Assembly: GCA_030770535.1 (NCBI GenBank)
Contig: JASVEC010000017.1
Coordinates: forward strand, 372,001 to 436,000
Source: Batkoa obscura
Taxonomy: Eukaryota
Length of the DNA stretch: 64,000 nucleotides
Reading direction: 5' to 3'
A program made the position numbers and the translations under genes. Below, piece by piece: positions 40,301-53,354 of the stretch. Under the pieces are notes generated by a model. The model saw only the letters and a program-made list of their open reading frames with translations, did no database searches and was not told where the DNA came from. Numbering within the stretch: the stretch's first letter is position 1; every line of letters begins with the position of its first letter.

Positions 40301-41958
40301 ATGTCTGAAGGAAGCATTCCATCAACAAAACTCTTTGATACCAATCAAAAGTTACAAAATTACCATACAATTCATAATGGATCTTCGGATACTTTAGTCA
40401 ACTTAGCTCAAGTAGAATCCCCCCAATCTATTATAAAAAATGATAAACTACAAGAAATAGATTTTATTACTACTCCCGTATGGAACGATTATAAATCCGA
40501 AATGTACTATTTATTTACTACTGGCTTACCTGTTATTATAGCTATGTTTTTGTCCTATGCTATGCCATTAGCTAATATATTTTCTATTGGTCATTTGGTA
40601 AATTTATATTTCATTCTAATATTTATTGGAACTAATTAGCATTTCTTCTTTAGGGTACTAAACAACTTGGTGCTGCTGCTTTAAGTAATATGTTTGCAGC
40701 AATTACCGGTTGGTCTTTATCCATTGGTATGGCCACTGCTTTAGATACTCTTTGTTCCCAAGCTTTTACTGGTAGCAATAACCCTCATGCAGTAGGATTA
40801 CATTTACAAAGAGGGGTCCTAGTCTCTTTAACAATGTTTATACCCATCAGCTTTGTTTGGTTAAATTCTGAAAAATTAATGTTGTTTATTGGACAAGATC
40901 CAGAGTTATCGGAGCTCTGTGGGGCTTATATGAAGCATTTATTGTTTGGGGCACCTGCTTTTATGACATTTGAGTGTTTAAAGAGATATTTTCAAGCACA
41001 GAGTAAGCTTATTTTATAGTATATCTTATTTAATGGTAGTTAATTTTTATTTATAGAAATCATGCGTGCTCAAACCGATATTACCATAGCTGTATTACCT
41101 ATTAATTTAATTTTGATATATTTTTTAGTTATGAATGACTCTACCTCCCTTGGTTTTAAAGGTGCACCAATAGCTTCATCAATTACTTATTGGCTATGTT
41201 TAACCTTTGGCATCTTATATTCAAAACACATCAATGGTTCTCAATGTTGGGGTGGATTCTCTAAACAAGCTTTAACTGGATGGGGGCCATATATTAAATT
41301 AGGCATACCTGGGATCTTACAATTATGCAGTGAATGGTGGGCCTTTGAAATTATGTCTTTAGCAGCTTCTTATTTAGGTACCAATGAATTAGCTGCTCAA
41401 TCTATTGTATTATCTATTACTAACACCGTATGGTCAGTACCAGTAGGTATGTCAATTGCTGCTAGCAATCGAATTGGCAATCTATTGGGAGCATCAATGC
41501 CTATCAAATCCAAACATACTAGTCGTTGTGCTTTGATTTTAGCTTTAGTCATGCCTTTTTTTAATTCGACGTTCTTATTGTTGTTTTCAAAAAAATTAAG
41601 TGAATTGTTTACGGATGATCAAAAAGTAATTGAAATTGTTCAAACCATTATTCCTGTTGCTGCTTTATATCAAATTTTTGATAGTGTTTTTACAGTATCG
41701 AATGGTATCTTAAGAGGTCAAGGTAAACAATCTATTGGAGCTATTGTGAATGTTATTGCTTTTTATATAATTGCTATACCTTTGGGATTATATGTGACTT
41801 TTCAATGGAATTTTGGAGTCTTGGGACTTTGGTTTGGTACTTGTTTAGCTTTGTTAATTACGTCTTCGACATTGGGTTATATTATTTTGATATGCGATTG
41901 GGAGTTAGAAGTTAATAATTGTAAAAATAGATTAAAAGAATCGAAAGTTTCTCTTTAG
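40301..41958 (+). CDS. MATE family efflux transporter; exons 40301-40597, 40654-41002, 41057-41958
   Basis: Same motifs as 34855-36696; two GT-AG introns keep frame. Confidence 0.93.
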
Positions 41959-42041
41959 ATCGTCGGATGTTATCAAAAGTTGACGGTCATTGAATTTGTT
42001 AGAATTAAAAATAAAAGTTTGATTTATTAAATTTGACATAT

Positions 42042-42140
42042 GAGGGTGTTTTTTTTGGCTTCATTACTTTTTCCATCTTTTAAGCGCTATTTGAGTGGAA
42101 AAATTGTTAGCAAAATTCTTAAACACAAGAATACATCCCT
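42042..42140 (-). mobile_element. ~98-bp MITE
   Basis: Family consensus; ATAT TSD. Confidence 0.85.
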
Positions 42141-42895
42141 ATATACTTTTATTAAGTTTTTTATTTACTATTTGTTTAGTTTATAAGAGTATAAAAATAA
42201 TGATACTTTTATAGTGCTAAGCATCATTAAATAAACTCAGCCCTGTTATTAACTATCAAATTTGTTATATAATACAATAATATATCAATCTTTTCAAACA
42301 AAGTCTTGTTATATTTTGTAAATGTTTAATCAATTTTAAGGTATTTCATAAAACTATAAAGATACGCAAATCTGAATTCGATTTTTTTTAAAATAACTTT
42401 ATTTTTCAAATGAAACAACTTAATCTTTTAACAATTTATTAGGGAATATAACAAATCTCATCGTTAATAAAATAATTGAAAATTATGACGTTAATAATTT
42501 TAGACAATATAAAAACAATGTTATTTATCAAAATGATATTCAATAACTTCAACTATAATTATTCACTTCGCATCAGTATCTTACTTTAACATCCAACTAA
42601 ACTAAACTAAACTACTAACTACTATTTTATAATGAAATAACTTAAGCTATAAAAATATAAAAATATAAAAATATAAAAACAGTAGCCCTGTAAATCTTAT
42701 AAAAAATCATCTTCATTTCAAATAATTGAAAAATTATCAATTTAAACAACAATTCTTTTAGAAACCAACAACGTATCCATCACATTCAATTTTTGCACCC
42801 AATTATCGCAACCTATTCAACTTCAAACATCAGCTTTTGCAAATCCAAAAAACCTTAATTTCAGTTTAACAGTAATCATTTCTCTAATACTCAGC

Positions 42896-44128
42896 ATGCC
42901 ATTTAACAATTCCAAATTAAAATTTGGTCTCAATATCAAAAACAAACCAAAACCAGCCTTGGCCAAACCAGTTGAAAATTTATTATATGAAGAAGAAGAG
43001 ACTACACCTTTAGAAGAAAAACAAAAAGCGAATCAAGAGATTAAACGAGCTCAAGTGAAAGTGGGAAATTCAAAAAAATTAGTTGAACAAGTCAAAGAAA
43101 CATTGGATGTGGATCCAACAGCATATGAATATGATGAGGTTTATGATCAAATGAAAGATAATGAAAAAAAATATTTAGATTTGATGAAGGGAGCGGACGA
43201 CAATAAAGTAAGTTTTTTTATATTTAGTTTAGTTTTTAAAAAGGAATGGATTGATTGATTGATTGACTTCAATTAGCCAAAATACATCCAAGGTTTGTTA
43301 AAAACCGCAGAATTAAGGAAGAGAGATAGATTAAGAGCGGAAGGTCGATTAGTTGAAAAAGAAAAAGAAAGGGAAAGTGAACTTTATAAAGGAAAAGAAG
43401 AGTTTGTTACAGCTGCGTAAGTTTATCATATCCTTTTGATTATACATGTTTGCTAATTAAATAATTAGCTATAAACAACAACAAGAGGAGCTCAAGAGGT
43501 TGGAAAAAGAAGATAATGTTGAAGGTGAAATTTTAATTTTTGCTATTTATGCAAGTATTGTTTAACTAATTCAATTATAAATCTAGATGATCAAAGTAAA
43601 GGTGGTGATATGTTTCAATTTTATGAGAATTTATTATCTGCCAAAAGTCGACAAATAGAAGCCGGGATTATTACTAAAGAGATTAAAAAAGAAATAAAGT
43701 CAACGACAACAAATCAATCAACAAAAGAAGATTTATTAACCAAAGCCTTAAAAGAAGGTAAAAAAATAGAAATCAATACCGATAATGAAGTCATTGATAA
43801 AAGACAATTATTATCCGCTGGTTTAAATATAGTTAAAAAAGATGTTAAAAGAGATGATTCTATTCCTTATTATGATGAATTTATAATGAGAAAAAAGAAA
43901 GCAGAAGAAGAAAAAAGATTGTTGGCTAAAAAAGCTCAAGCTAATAGAATGAAGAAATTGTTAACGACTCAATTCGAAGAAAGTAAGATGTTAGAAGTAA
44001 AGAAAGGGGACGAGAAATTTGATAAATTGAAAGATACACTTAAAAGAAAGAATGATGATGGGGCTGTGTTGGATGCAAAAGCTAGGTATTTATTGAGAAA
44101 GAAACAGAATCAGGAAAAGACAGAATAA
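42896..44128 (+). CDS. NSRP1: Nuclear speckle splicing regulatory protein 1 / CCDC55 (DUF2040); exons 42896-43207, 43277-43416, 43469-43524, 43587-44128
   Basis: DPTAYEYDEVYD, KPKYIQGLLKTAELRK, KEEFVTAAYK and C-terminal AKARYL.RK motifs; three GT-AG introns. Confidence 0.85.
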
Positions 44129-44476
44129 TACTATATTACAGGTGAATGGAAATTGATTGATTTTAGTAGATATAGCTTGATGATATCTTATTAAGTATTA
44201 ATAAAATTAAAGCTTTTTGATTAAGTCCTGAAAATTGTTTTAATGAGAGTTTATTGATTGTTATGATCATTATGAGTTAATATAATAATAAACCTTTAAA
44301 ATTATTTTTTTATTTATAAATTGATAATATATAGGGGTTATGAAAAGTTTTGAGAAAGTATTAGTAACTCGCCATAAACACCTTTAAATGTCTTGAAATT
44401 TTCGTGGCTAACAAACTTTATAAGATCTTTCATATATTAAATTTTCAGATCCCTATCTCTTTTTCAACAATAATAT

Positions 44477-44573
44477 GGGGATGTATTTTTGTGTTTAAGA
44501 ATTTTACTACAATCTTTCCACTCAAATAGCGCTTAAAAAATGGAAAAAGTAATGAAACCAAAAAAAACACCCC
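44477..44573 (+). mobile_element. ~98-bp MITE
   Basis: Family consensus. Confidence 0.85.
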
Positions 44574-44866
44574 GTATGATTAATTAGATTTCAAAAAGCT
44601 TAAAGTTAAATCTTTTTATTTAATTTAAAAAACTTATTTGTTAATTCTTTTTTTTTAAAATAAATAATTTTTTTAATTATGTGTTTGATAAATATATAAT
44701 ATAAACATTGTAATTTATTTATATTAATTTTAACAGTTATTTATAATAAAATAACTCAGAGTTTATGACATTTTGTAATAATAATAATAATAATAAGATG
44801 TATTTTTAAAATTTACTATTAATAATAAATTTAATCAAGCGATGTATAAAATTAGTGTTTTAAAAA

Positions 44867-44904
44867 GAACAGGAAACAGAGAACAGGAAACAGAGAACAG
44901 GAAC
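44867..44904. repeat. 14-bp tandem repeat GAACAGGAAACAGA x ~2.7
   Basis: Direct tandem copies. Confidence 0.8.
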
Positions 44905-45015
44905 TAAAAATAAATAAGTAGCATTATTATCAATTATAGCCTTAATATGGGGATGTATTTTTTTGATAAATGTAAAAGTTTTAGATTTAACATAAATAAA
45001 AATTAATATAATGAT

Positions 45016-45615
45016 TGTGAAAGTTGGTACTCAGTGGTAGGAGTTAAAAGCAGTTCTTGCTTGATTAACTTGCCTTCAGTCAAAAGGTCTTAGTTTATGT
45101 AACTAAGATAGACTTAACTTAATAGAAATAGTATGTAGTAAGCTACGAATTATGTAAAACAAATAGAATAGAAGATACTACTGTAAAATCTACGTAAGAT
45201 GTTATCACAAAGACTTAGTGGCTTTATTAATAGTACGATATATTAGGGAGTAATTCAGTTAAAAAGCCTCGAGTTATCATATTGAAGGATCTCTTTTATA
45301 CTCCAACAAGTATGGATATCAGGGCGAGAGGATAATATTGTTTGCAATATGGGGATATTTTTTTGGTTTCATTACTTTTTCTATCTTTTAAGCGCTATTT
45401 AAGTGGAAAAATTGTTAGTAAAATTCTTAAACATAAAAGTATATCCCCATATAAAGTTAGAAATTCTCGCAACAAATCAAAATAAGGGACTCTATATTGA
45501 TTATACCACATGGATCACGGTCAAATTGATTACAAGACCACCACTAGCTTTGTAAACAAGTTAAAGGATTATTATGTTATAATTAATCCGAGAACTGATA
45601 AAGCAATATTTCACA
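45016..45615 (+). mobile_element. Solo-LTR-like element carrying a nested MITE (45351-45448)
   Basis: TGTGAAA..TTTCACA ends; MITE flanked by a duplicated ATAT relative to uninterrupted copies. Confidence 0.75.
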
Positions 45616-45616
45616 A

Positions 45617-46544
45617 GGATATCCAAACTGGTTTTGTTTTTTTAAAGTATAAAATTTCCAAAAATTAAATAAAACTTTGCTTAAAATTCTGTAAAAATAG
45701 ATTCTTTATTAAAAAGCAAAAGTATTTAACACCAGTTTTTAGATTATTTTATTATAATTTACATTGTAAGTTAGCAGAATATTTACTAAATTTAATACAA
45801 ATTCCCAGATTACCAAGGCTTTTACTAATATAGTCTGTATATTGATATTAATCGGAGTTGTAATATGTAAGTAAATATATATTCCTATAAAACTTCATTA
45901 AGAAATATTTATCATTGACTGCTTTATAGCCAATATTGCATATTTGCTATCAAGTAGATAAATTATTTTAATGTTAAAATTATATTATTGATATGTTATT
46001 AAGTTAATAAATAGCTATATAGGAGGGAGTAATTAGCTTTAAAACTATAATTAACCATTTTATATAATTCAAACAATATGAGAATACCATTTATTTATTA
46101 TTACAATTATTTGCCCCTTAATTATTTATTAACTTAGCTATTAATAGCTTAAGTAATATTAACATTTAGTAATTAATTTTTATTATTTAATAAATTACTT
46201 GTTTAACAAATATCAAAAGTTTTAAATTTTTCATTACTTTTATAAAATAACTTGGGGTTAATTTTTTGATTCTTTATAAACTTATAGCTTTAATTAAAAT
46301 TGTATAATTTTTTTTAATTTATCAGATACTGGATAGTAATGTAGTTTATTATCATGTTCAATAAAGTGTAAATATTTTTTAATACCTTGTATTTCTATTA
46401 TTATTTTTCTACCTTTGTTTTTTTCATACTTTTTAAAATTACATCTCGGGATGTATTTTTTTGTCTAACAATTTTACTAACAATTTCTCTGCTCAAATAG
46501 TGCTTAAAAAATAGAAAAAGTGATGAACCAAAAAAAACATCCCC
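45617..46544 (-). mobile_element. Composite of the decayed 3' arm of the Sola-like element and a MITE (46447-46544)
   Basis: Homologous to 50893-51715 and the reverse complement of 25933-26866. Confidence 0.75.
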
Positions 46545-46618
46545 ATATAAATAAAATATAAAAACAGAAACAAGACCAGCCCTAATAAATTTAAATCATT
46601 GTAATAAAAAAGCTATAT

Positions 46619-46717
46619 GGGGATCTTTTTTTTGGTTCCATTATTTTTTCCATTTTTTAAGCACTATTTGAGCAGAAAGGTTGTTAGTAAAATTCTTAAA
46701 CAAAAAAATACATCCCC
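46619..46717 (-). mobile_element. ~98-bp MITE
   Basis: Family consensus; ATAT TSD. Confidence 0.85.
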
Positions 46718-46950
46718 ATATCAGTATTAAAGTTTAGCGTTTTATATTTAAAAATAATAAAATAATAAGTGAAGTTTATTTTAATTATTTATCTAAAATA
46801 TTAAATTATAATCCGGTATATACAGGAGATTCTTTGAAAAGTTTATGAAAATTAATATATAGGTAAATGCAGAAAACTACTACTTTAAAGTTAAATCTTA
46901 AGAGTTTCTGTATTATATATTTAAAAAAATTACAAAATAAATAGTAGTTC

Positions 46951-47413
46951 TGTGAAAGTTGATACTTAGTGGTCGAAGTTAAAAGCTACTCTTGCTTAAT
47001 TGACTTGCCTTGAGTCGAACGGTCTTAGTTTATATAACTAAGATAGACTTAACTTAATAGAAATAGTATGTAGTAAGCTACGAATTATGTAAAACAAATA
47101 GAATAGAAGATACTACTGTAAAATCTATGTAAGATGTTGTCAGAAAGACTTAGTGACTTTATTAACGATACGTTATCAGGGAATAATCCAATTAAAAAAG
47201 CCTTTAGTTATCATATTGAAGAATCTCTTTTATACTCCAATAAGTATGGATATTAAAAGGAGATAATATTGTTTGCAATATGAAGTTAGAAATTCTCGCA
47301 GCAAATCAAAATAAGGGACTCGGACTTGATTGTGTTTGAACTTGAGAATACAACAACTTAAGTGATTGTTGTGTTATAATCAATCCGAGAGCTAAATAAA
47401 GCAATATTTCACA
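46951..47413 (+). mobile_element. TG..CA solo-LTR-like element
   Basis: TGTGAAA..TTTCACA; flanks GTTC/GGTC. Confidence 0.72.
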
Positions 47414-47521
47414 GGTCAAACACTAATCTTAAATTTTTTACTGAGCATCATAGAAAAAGCATAATTGATAGGCATTTTAAAATTTAAGATTTTTATTTAT
47501 AAACATAATAAAAAAACAGGT

Positions 47522-47947
47522 GAGGATATTTTTTTTGGTTCATCACTTTTTCTATTTTTTAAGCACTATTTGAGCAGAGAAATTGTTAGTAAAATTGTTA
47601 GACAAAAAAATACATCCCGAGATGTAATTTTAAAAAGTATGAAAAAAACAAAGGTAGAAAAATAATAATAGAAATACAAGGTATTAAAAAATATTTACAC
47701 TTTATTGAACATGATAATAAACTACATTACTATCCAGTATCTGATAAATTAAAAAAAATTATACAATTTTAATTAAAGCTATAAGTTTATAAAAAATCAA
47801 AAAATTAACCCCAAGTTATTTTATAAAAGTAATGAAAAATTTAAAACTTTTGATATTTGTTAAACAAGTAATTTATTAAATAATAAAAATTAATTACTAA
47901 ATGTTAATATTACTTAAGCTATTAATAGCTAAGTTAATAAATAATTA
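47522..47947 (+). mobile_element. Inverted duplicate of 46119-46544 (MITE plus transposase 3' remnant)
   Basis: Near-identical reverse complement including private substitutions. Confidence 0.8.
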
Positions 47948-48395
47948 TATAGCTTAAATAAAACTTGTAATACTTTTAAGTTTTGAAAAAAACACCCCCA
48001 TATATTAATAACAAGCTGTTTATAATATAAATAAAAGCTAAAAACATTTACATTTACATTTACATTTAAGTAATATCTTTTATAAACTCATTTTTATTAA
48101 ATAGTTAATTTAGACTAATGAAAATAACAACTAACTAATCTATAAAGCTAAATAAAGCTATAATTGCTTATCAATATTTAATTTATAAAATAATTAAATT
48201 AAAATCAATTTTTAGCATAAAATTAATAATTAATAAGCCTAAAAACTGTTGCGAGATTTAATTAATAATAGTTCAATAGTAAGTTTAATTAACTAATTTT
48301 TATTTTAAAAAACTAAAAACAGCTAATTTAGAAACAAAAAAAACAGGTTTTTTAATATAACTTTATCTAAATAAATCAAAATAAAATAAATATAT

Positions 48396-48494
48396 GGGGA
48401 TGTATTTTTATGTTTAAGAATTTTACTAACAATCTTTCCGCTGAGATAGCGCTTAAAAAATGGAAAAAATGATGAAGCCAAAAAAAACACCCTC
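48396..48494 (+). mobile_element. ~98-bp MITE
   Basis: Family consensus; ATAT TSD. Confidence 0.85.
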
Positions 48495-48566
48495 ATATGT
48501 ATATTATTTTCTATTTTTTTATCATGATCTAATATAATAATTTAGTAGATATTTATTAAAGACTAT

Positions 48567-48665
48567 GGGGATGTATTTTTATGTTTAAGAATTTTACTAA
48601 CAATTTCTCCACTTAAATAGCGCTTAAAAGATGGAAAGAATAATGAAACCAAAAGAAACATCCTC
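48567..48665 (+). mobile_element. ~98-bp MITE
   Basis: Family consensus. Confidence 0.85.
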
Positions 48666-48809
48666 ATATGTAAATAAAAATTAAATTTGTTTTAAACAAT
48701 ATTATACTATTTACTTATAAAGTTATTTCTAATTTTGATATTTTATTTAGTTGAAAAAAAAAATTTATATGAAAATCAAAAATAAATTATTTTAGTTGAA
48801 ATGGATACT

Positions 48810-49402
48810 TGTGAAAGTTAATACTTAGTGGTCGAAGTTAAAAGCTACTCTTGCTTAATTAACTTGCCTTGAGTCGAACGGTCTTAGTTTATATAACTAA
48901 GATAGACTTAACTTAATAAGAATAATATACAATAGGCTATACGAAAGCCGGTACTCAGTAGTAGAGGTTAAAAGCTACTCTTGCTTAATTGACTTGCCTT
49001 GAGTCGAAGGGTCTTAGTTTATGTAACTAAGATAGACTTAACTTAATAGAAATAGTACGTAATAAGCTACGAATTATGTAAACAAATACAATGGAAGATA
49101 CTACCGTAAAATCTATATAAGATGTTGTCAGAAAGACTTAGTGACTTTATTAACGATACGTTATCAGGGAGTAATCCAATTAAAAAAGCCTCGAGTTATC
49201 ATATTGAAGAATCTCTTTTATATACCAATAAGTATGGATATCAAAACGAGAGGATAATATTGTTTGCAATATGAAGTTAGAAATTCTCGCAGCAAATCAA
49301 AATAAGGGACTCGGACTTGATTGTGTTTGAACTTGAGAACACAACAACTAAGTGATTGTTGTGTTATAATCAATTCGAGAGCTAATAAAACAATATTTCA
49401 CA
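48810..49402 (+). mobile_element. Solo-LTR-like element with its first ~130 bp duplicated internally
   Basis: TG..CA ends, TACT TSD; 5' segment restarts at ~48949. Confidence 0.75.
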
Positions 49403-50099
49403 TACTGATCTAGTTATAAAAAAACATAAAAAATCTAATATAAACATAACAGCTTTAGTATATAAAAACCAAGTAAAGTTATTTTTTTATTAAACATGTT
49501 ATATTTTTTTAAAGTATTTATTTATTATTAAATTATTATAAGAATTTTTATATAAAAAAAATATTTGATTAAATAAGTATTATAACTAAATTTGCTTTAT
49601 TTTGCGATTGATAATATATATAAAATAAACAAACTAGGATGTCTGCTATATAACATGATAAATAATAAGCTTTTAACAATGCTATAAATAAAATACTCGT
49701 AAGTTAAAATAGTGGAATGAAAAGATCTATTTTAAAAGCTTGTATTATTATATGCTAATTTTTTTAAAATTTTTAATAAAAGATTATTTACTTTTTTTAA
49801 TTATATTGTTAGTTTTTAAATAATAAAAAGTTGAAATAAAAAGTCTAATGACCATTAATTTAGCTAATCTTAAAAAAAACTAAACCAATGGAATTGATAA
49901 AAAGCGTTATTTTATACAACAATATTTTAAGCATGGTTTATATTAATTAATGATATTCTAATTAGTTCATTTATAGTATAATTTAATATTCTGAGTATAC
50001 CTTAAAGATTTTAATTTATCTGAATAAATGTAGTTGTTACAGTATTATAGTACAAACTTATTTTAAATATAAAATTTGTTATTTTTAAAATTGCTATAT

Positions 50100-50198
50100 G
50101 GGGATGTATTTTTGTGTTTAAGAATTTTACTAACAATCTTTCCGCTCAAATAGCGCTTAAGAAATGGAAAAAATAATGAAGCCAAAAAAGACACCCCC
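50100..50198 (+). mobile_element. ~98-bp MITE abutting a Sola-like TIR
   Basis: Family consensus; ATAT on both sides. Confidence 0.88.
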
Positions 50199-50202
50199 AT
50201 AT

Positions 50203-50771
50203 GGTGATGTCCGAATTGGTTTCAGAATTTAATTAGAAATTAATCTAAATTAAGTTTTTAAATTTGTAAGTCTTTAATCCATGATTAGCTAAATTTAAAA
50301 AGCTTAAAATTAAATATAAAATTTAACTTAAAAGACTTATTTTATTTTATTCATTTATTTTATTCATTTATTTTATTTTTTTAATTATATGTTTGTGAAA
50401 GTTGGTACTCAGTGATTGGAGTTAAAAGCAGTTCTAGCTTAATTAACTGGCCGTAAGCCAAAAGGCCCTACTTTATGTAACTAAGATAGACTTAAATTAA
50501 TAGGAATAGTGCGCAATAAGCTACGAACTATATAAAATAAATAGAATAGAAGATACTACTGTAAAATCTATGTAGAATCTTCTATGTAAAATACTATAAG
50601 ACTTAGTGGCTTTATTAAAAGTACGATATTAGAGAACAATTCAGTTAAAAAGCCTCGAGCTATTTTATGTTGAAGGATCTCTTTTATACTCCAACTAGTT
50701 TTGTAAACAAGTTAAGTGGTTATTATGCGATAATCAATCATAGAGCTGATGAAACAATATTTCACAGTGTT
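50203..50771 (+). mobile_element. 5' arm of the Sola-like element with nested short solo-LTR (50394-50766); inverted copy of 52977-53540
   Basis: Starts GGTGATGTCCGAATTGGTTTCA; reverse-complement match by eye. Confidence 0.8.
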
Positions 50772-51405
50772 GATATAAAAATTATGCTAAAGTTTTAATA
50801 TTTTATATATAAAAAAAATTACCTATTACTGACTTTTGCCTAGCTTTTTAAAAAAAATTCAAACATTAAAACTATATTAAATATAATTATATGGGGGTGT
50901 CCGAATTGTTTTCATTTTTTTATCCAATTTTTAAATATTTATATTTTAAAAACTTTGCTTAAAATTCTATAAAAATAAATTCTTTATTAAAAGCCAAAAG
51001 TACCCGACACCACAGTTTTAAATTATTTTGTTATAATTTATATTGTCAATTAGCGGAATTTTTATTAAATTTAATATAAATCTCTGAATTAGCAAGTCTT
51101 TTACCAATATAGCCTATATAGTGATAGTAATTAAAGTTGTAATATGTAATACGTAAATAAATATTTATTATTAACTGCTTTATAGCCAACACTATAGATT
51201 TACTATCAAATAAATAAATTATTTTAATATTATAATTACATTATCAATATATCGCTAAGTTAATAAATAGCTGCATGGGAGGGAGTGGTTAGCTCCAAAA
51301 CTATAATTAACCATCCCTATGTAATACAAGCAGTATAATAATAGTTTTTACTTATTATTACAACTACTTGCTCTTTGACTATTTATTAACTTAGCTATCA
51401 ATAAT

Positions 51406-52423
51406 TTAAGTAATATCAACATTTAATAATTGATTTCTATCATCTAATAAGCTACTTACTTGCTTACTAAATATTGAAACTTTTAAATTTTCAGTTATTT
51501 TTGTAAGATAAGCTGGGGTTGACCTTTTAATTTTTCTATCCTCTATAGACTCTATAACTTTAATTGTAATTATATCGCTTTTTTTTGATCTATCAGATAC
51601 TGGATAACAGTGTAGTTTTTTATCACGTTTAATAAAATGTAAATACTTTTTAATACCTTTTATTTTTATTATTTTTTTTGTATCTTTGTTTCTTTCATAC
51701 TTTTTAAAAATTATATTTATTTTCAAATAACTTTTTTCTAACTGTATACTGGGCACATATATTACATAAATCTGTTTTTCTTGCTGGATTTTTAAAATCA
51801 TTTGGTATATATTTGAAAAATGTTGACCTAGCTACTGCTTTATCTTTTAAATCATTAAAATACTTACTGTATATCATTCTTCTACTTTTATTTAATATAT
51901 ATATATTATCTGACGAATATTTATCATTATTTTTTTTATTGAATCTTGATGAAATAGTTGAATTATCAAGTAAATATTGTATAATAATCTCGATTTGCTC
52001 ATCTTTAATTTTTTTTGTATTTTTGATAGTAGGTCGTAACGTTGGTATTTTATTATTATTAGTTATTTTTGAATAATCATATTGATTTTTACTTATATTA
52101 AATCCAAAACTTTTACATTCATCAAAAGAATATACTGAAGCTATAGTCGATAATAATGCTACTTGTTGGTTTTTATTTCCTGTTTCCCTTAAAGTACTAA
52201 TTTTATACATTGCTTGATTAAGTTTGTTATTATTAATAGTAAAATTTAATAATATTTCTTTTCTTTTTTTTGTTTTATTATAAAATTCCATAAACTCTGG
52301 GTTATTGTGAATAGTTGTTAAAATTGATGTAAATGAATTACAATGTTTATATAATGTGCTTCTCCCTATCGCATTAAGGTTTTTAGCAATTATACTTTGA
52401 AGTTTAGTTATAAAAGCTTGCAT
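51406..52423 (-). pseudogene. Split transposase-like ORF (239 aa plus overlapping 131-aa +1 frame)
   Basis: Lies inside the TIRs; RSTFFKYIP..F..P.RKTDLCNIC and KIKGIKKYLHF resemble transposase flanking motifs; no DDD/E core visible. Confidence 0.6.
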
Positions 52424-52471
52424 TTTGTTTTTATTTTAATAAAAAATAAAGCCAAATAATTATATAATTAT

Positions 52472-52934
52472 TGTGAAAGTTGGTACTTAGTGGTAGGAGT
52501 TAAAAGCAGTTCTTGCTTGATTAACTTGCCTTGAGTCGAAAGGTCTTAGTTTATATAACTAAGATAGATTTAAATAAATAAGAATAATACGTAATAAGTT
52601 ACGAACTATGTAAAACAAATAGAATAGAAGATACTACTGTAAAATCTATGTAAGATGTTGTCAGAAAGACTTAGTGGCTTTATTAATAGTGCGATATCAG
52701 GGAGTAATTCAGTTAAAAAGCCTCGAGTTATCATATTGAAGAATCTCTTTTATACTCCAATAAGTATGGATATTAAAAGGAGATAATATTGTTTGCAATA
52801 TGAAGTTAGAAATTCTCGCAGCAAATCAAAATAAGGGACTCTGGTTTGATTGTGTTTGAACTTGAGAACACAACAACTTAAGTGATCGATTATGTTATAA
52901 TCAATCTGAGAGCTAAATAAAGCAATATTTCACA
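52472..52934 (+). mobile_element. Solo-LTR-like element, young copy
   Basis: TTAT TSD, confirmed by the empty site at ~62590-62610; nearly identical to 60476-60942. Confidence 0.8.
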
Positions 52935-52981
52935 TTATATATTATATATCTATTGAACATTTAATAAAAAGTACAAAACAC

Positions 52982-53354
52982 TGTGAAATATTGTTTCATC
53001 AGCTCTATGATTGATTATCGCATAATAACCACTTAACTTGTTTACAAAACTAGTTGGAGTATAAAAGAGATCCTTCAACATAAAATAGCTCGAGGCTTTT
53101 TAACTGAATTGTTCTCTAATATCGTACTTTTAATAAAGCCACTAAGTCTTATAGTATTTTACATAGAAGATTCTACATAGATTTTACAGTAGTATCTTCT
53201 ATTCTATTTATTTTATATAGTTCGTAGCTTATTGCGCACTATTCCTATTAATTTAAGTCTATCTTAGTTACATAAAGTAGGGCCTTTTGGCTTACGGCCA
53301 GTTAATTAAGCTAGAACTGCTTTTAACTCCAATCACTGAGTACCAACTTTCACA
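52982..53354 (-). mobile_element. Short-variant solo-LTR-like element
   Basis: TG..CA ends; empty site present at ~28838-28852. Confidence 0.72.

Noticed and set aside
50745..50766. CTGATGAAAC as a hammerhead ribozyme core (retrozyme)
   Set aside because: No separate GAAA or stems I-III, and the motif is not conserved in most copies
51700..51715. -1 programmed frameshift at TTTTTAA
   Set aside because: ORF2 is in the +1 frame relative to ORF1, so -1 slippage would not join them
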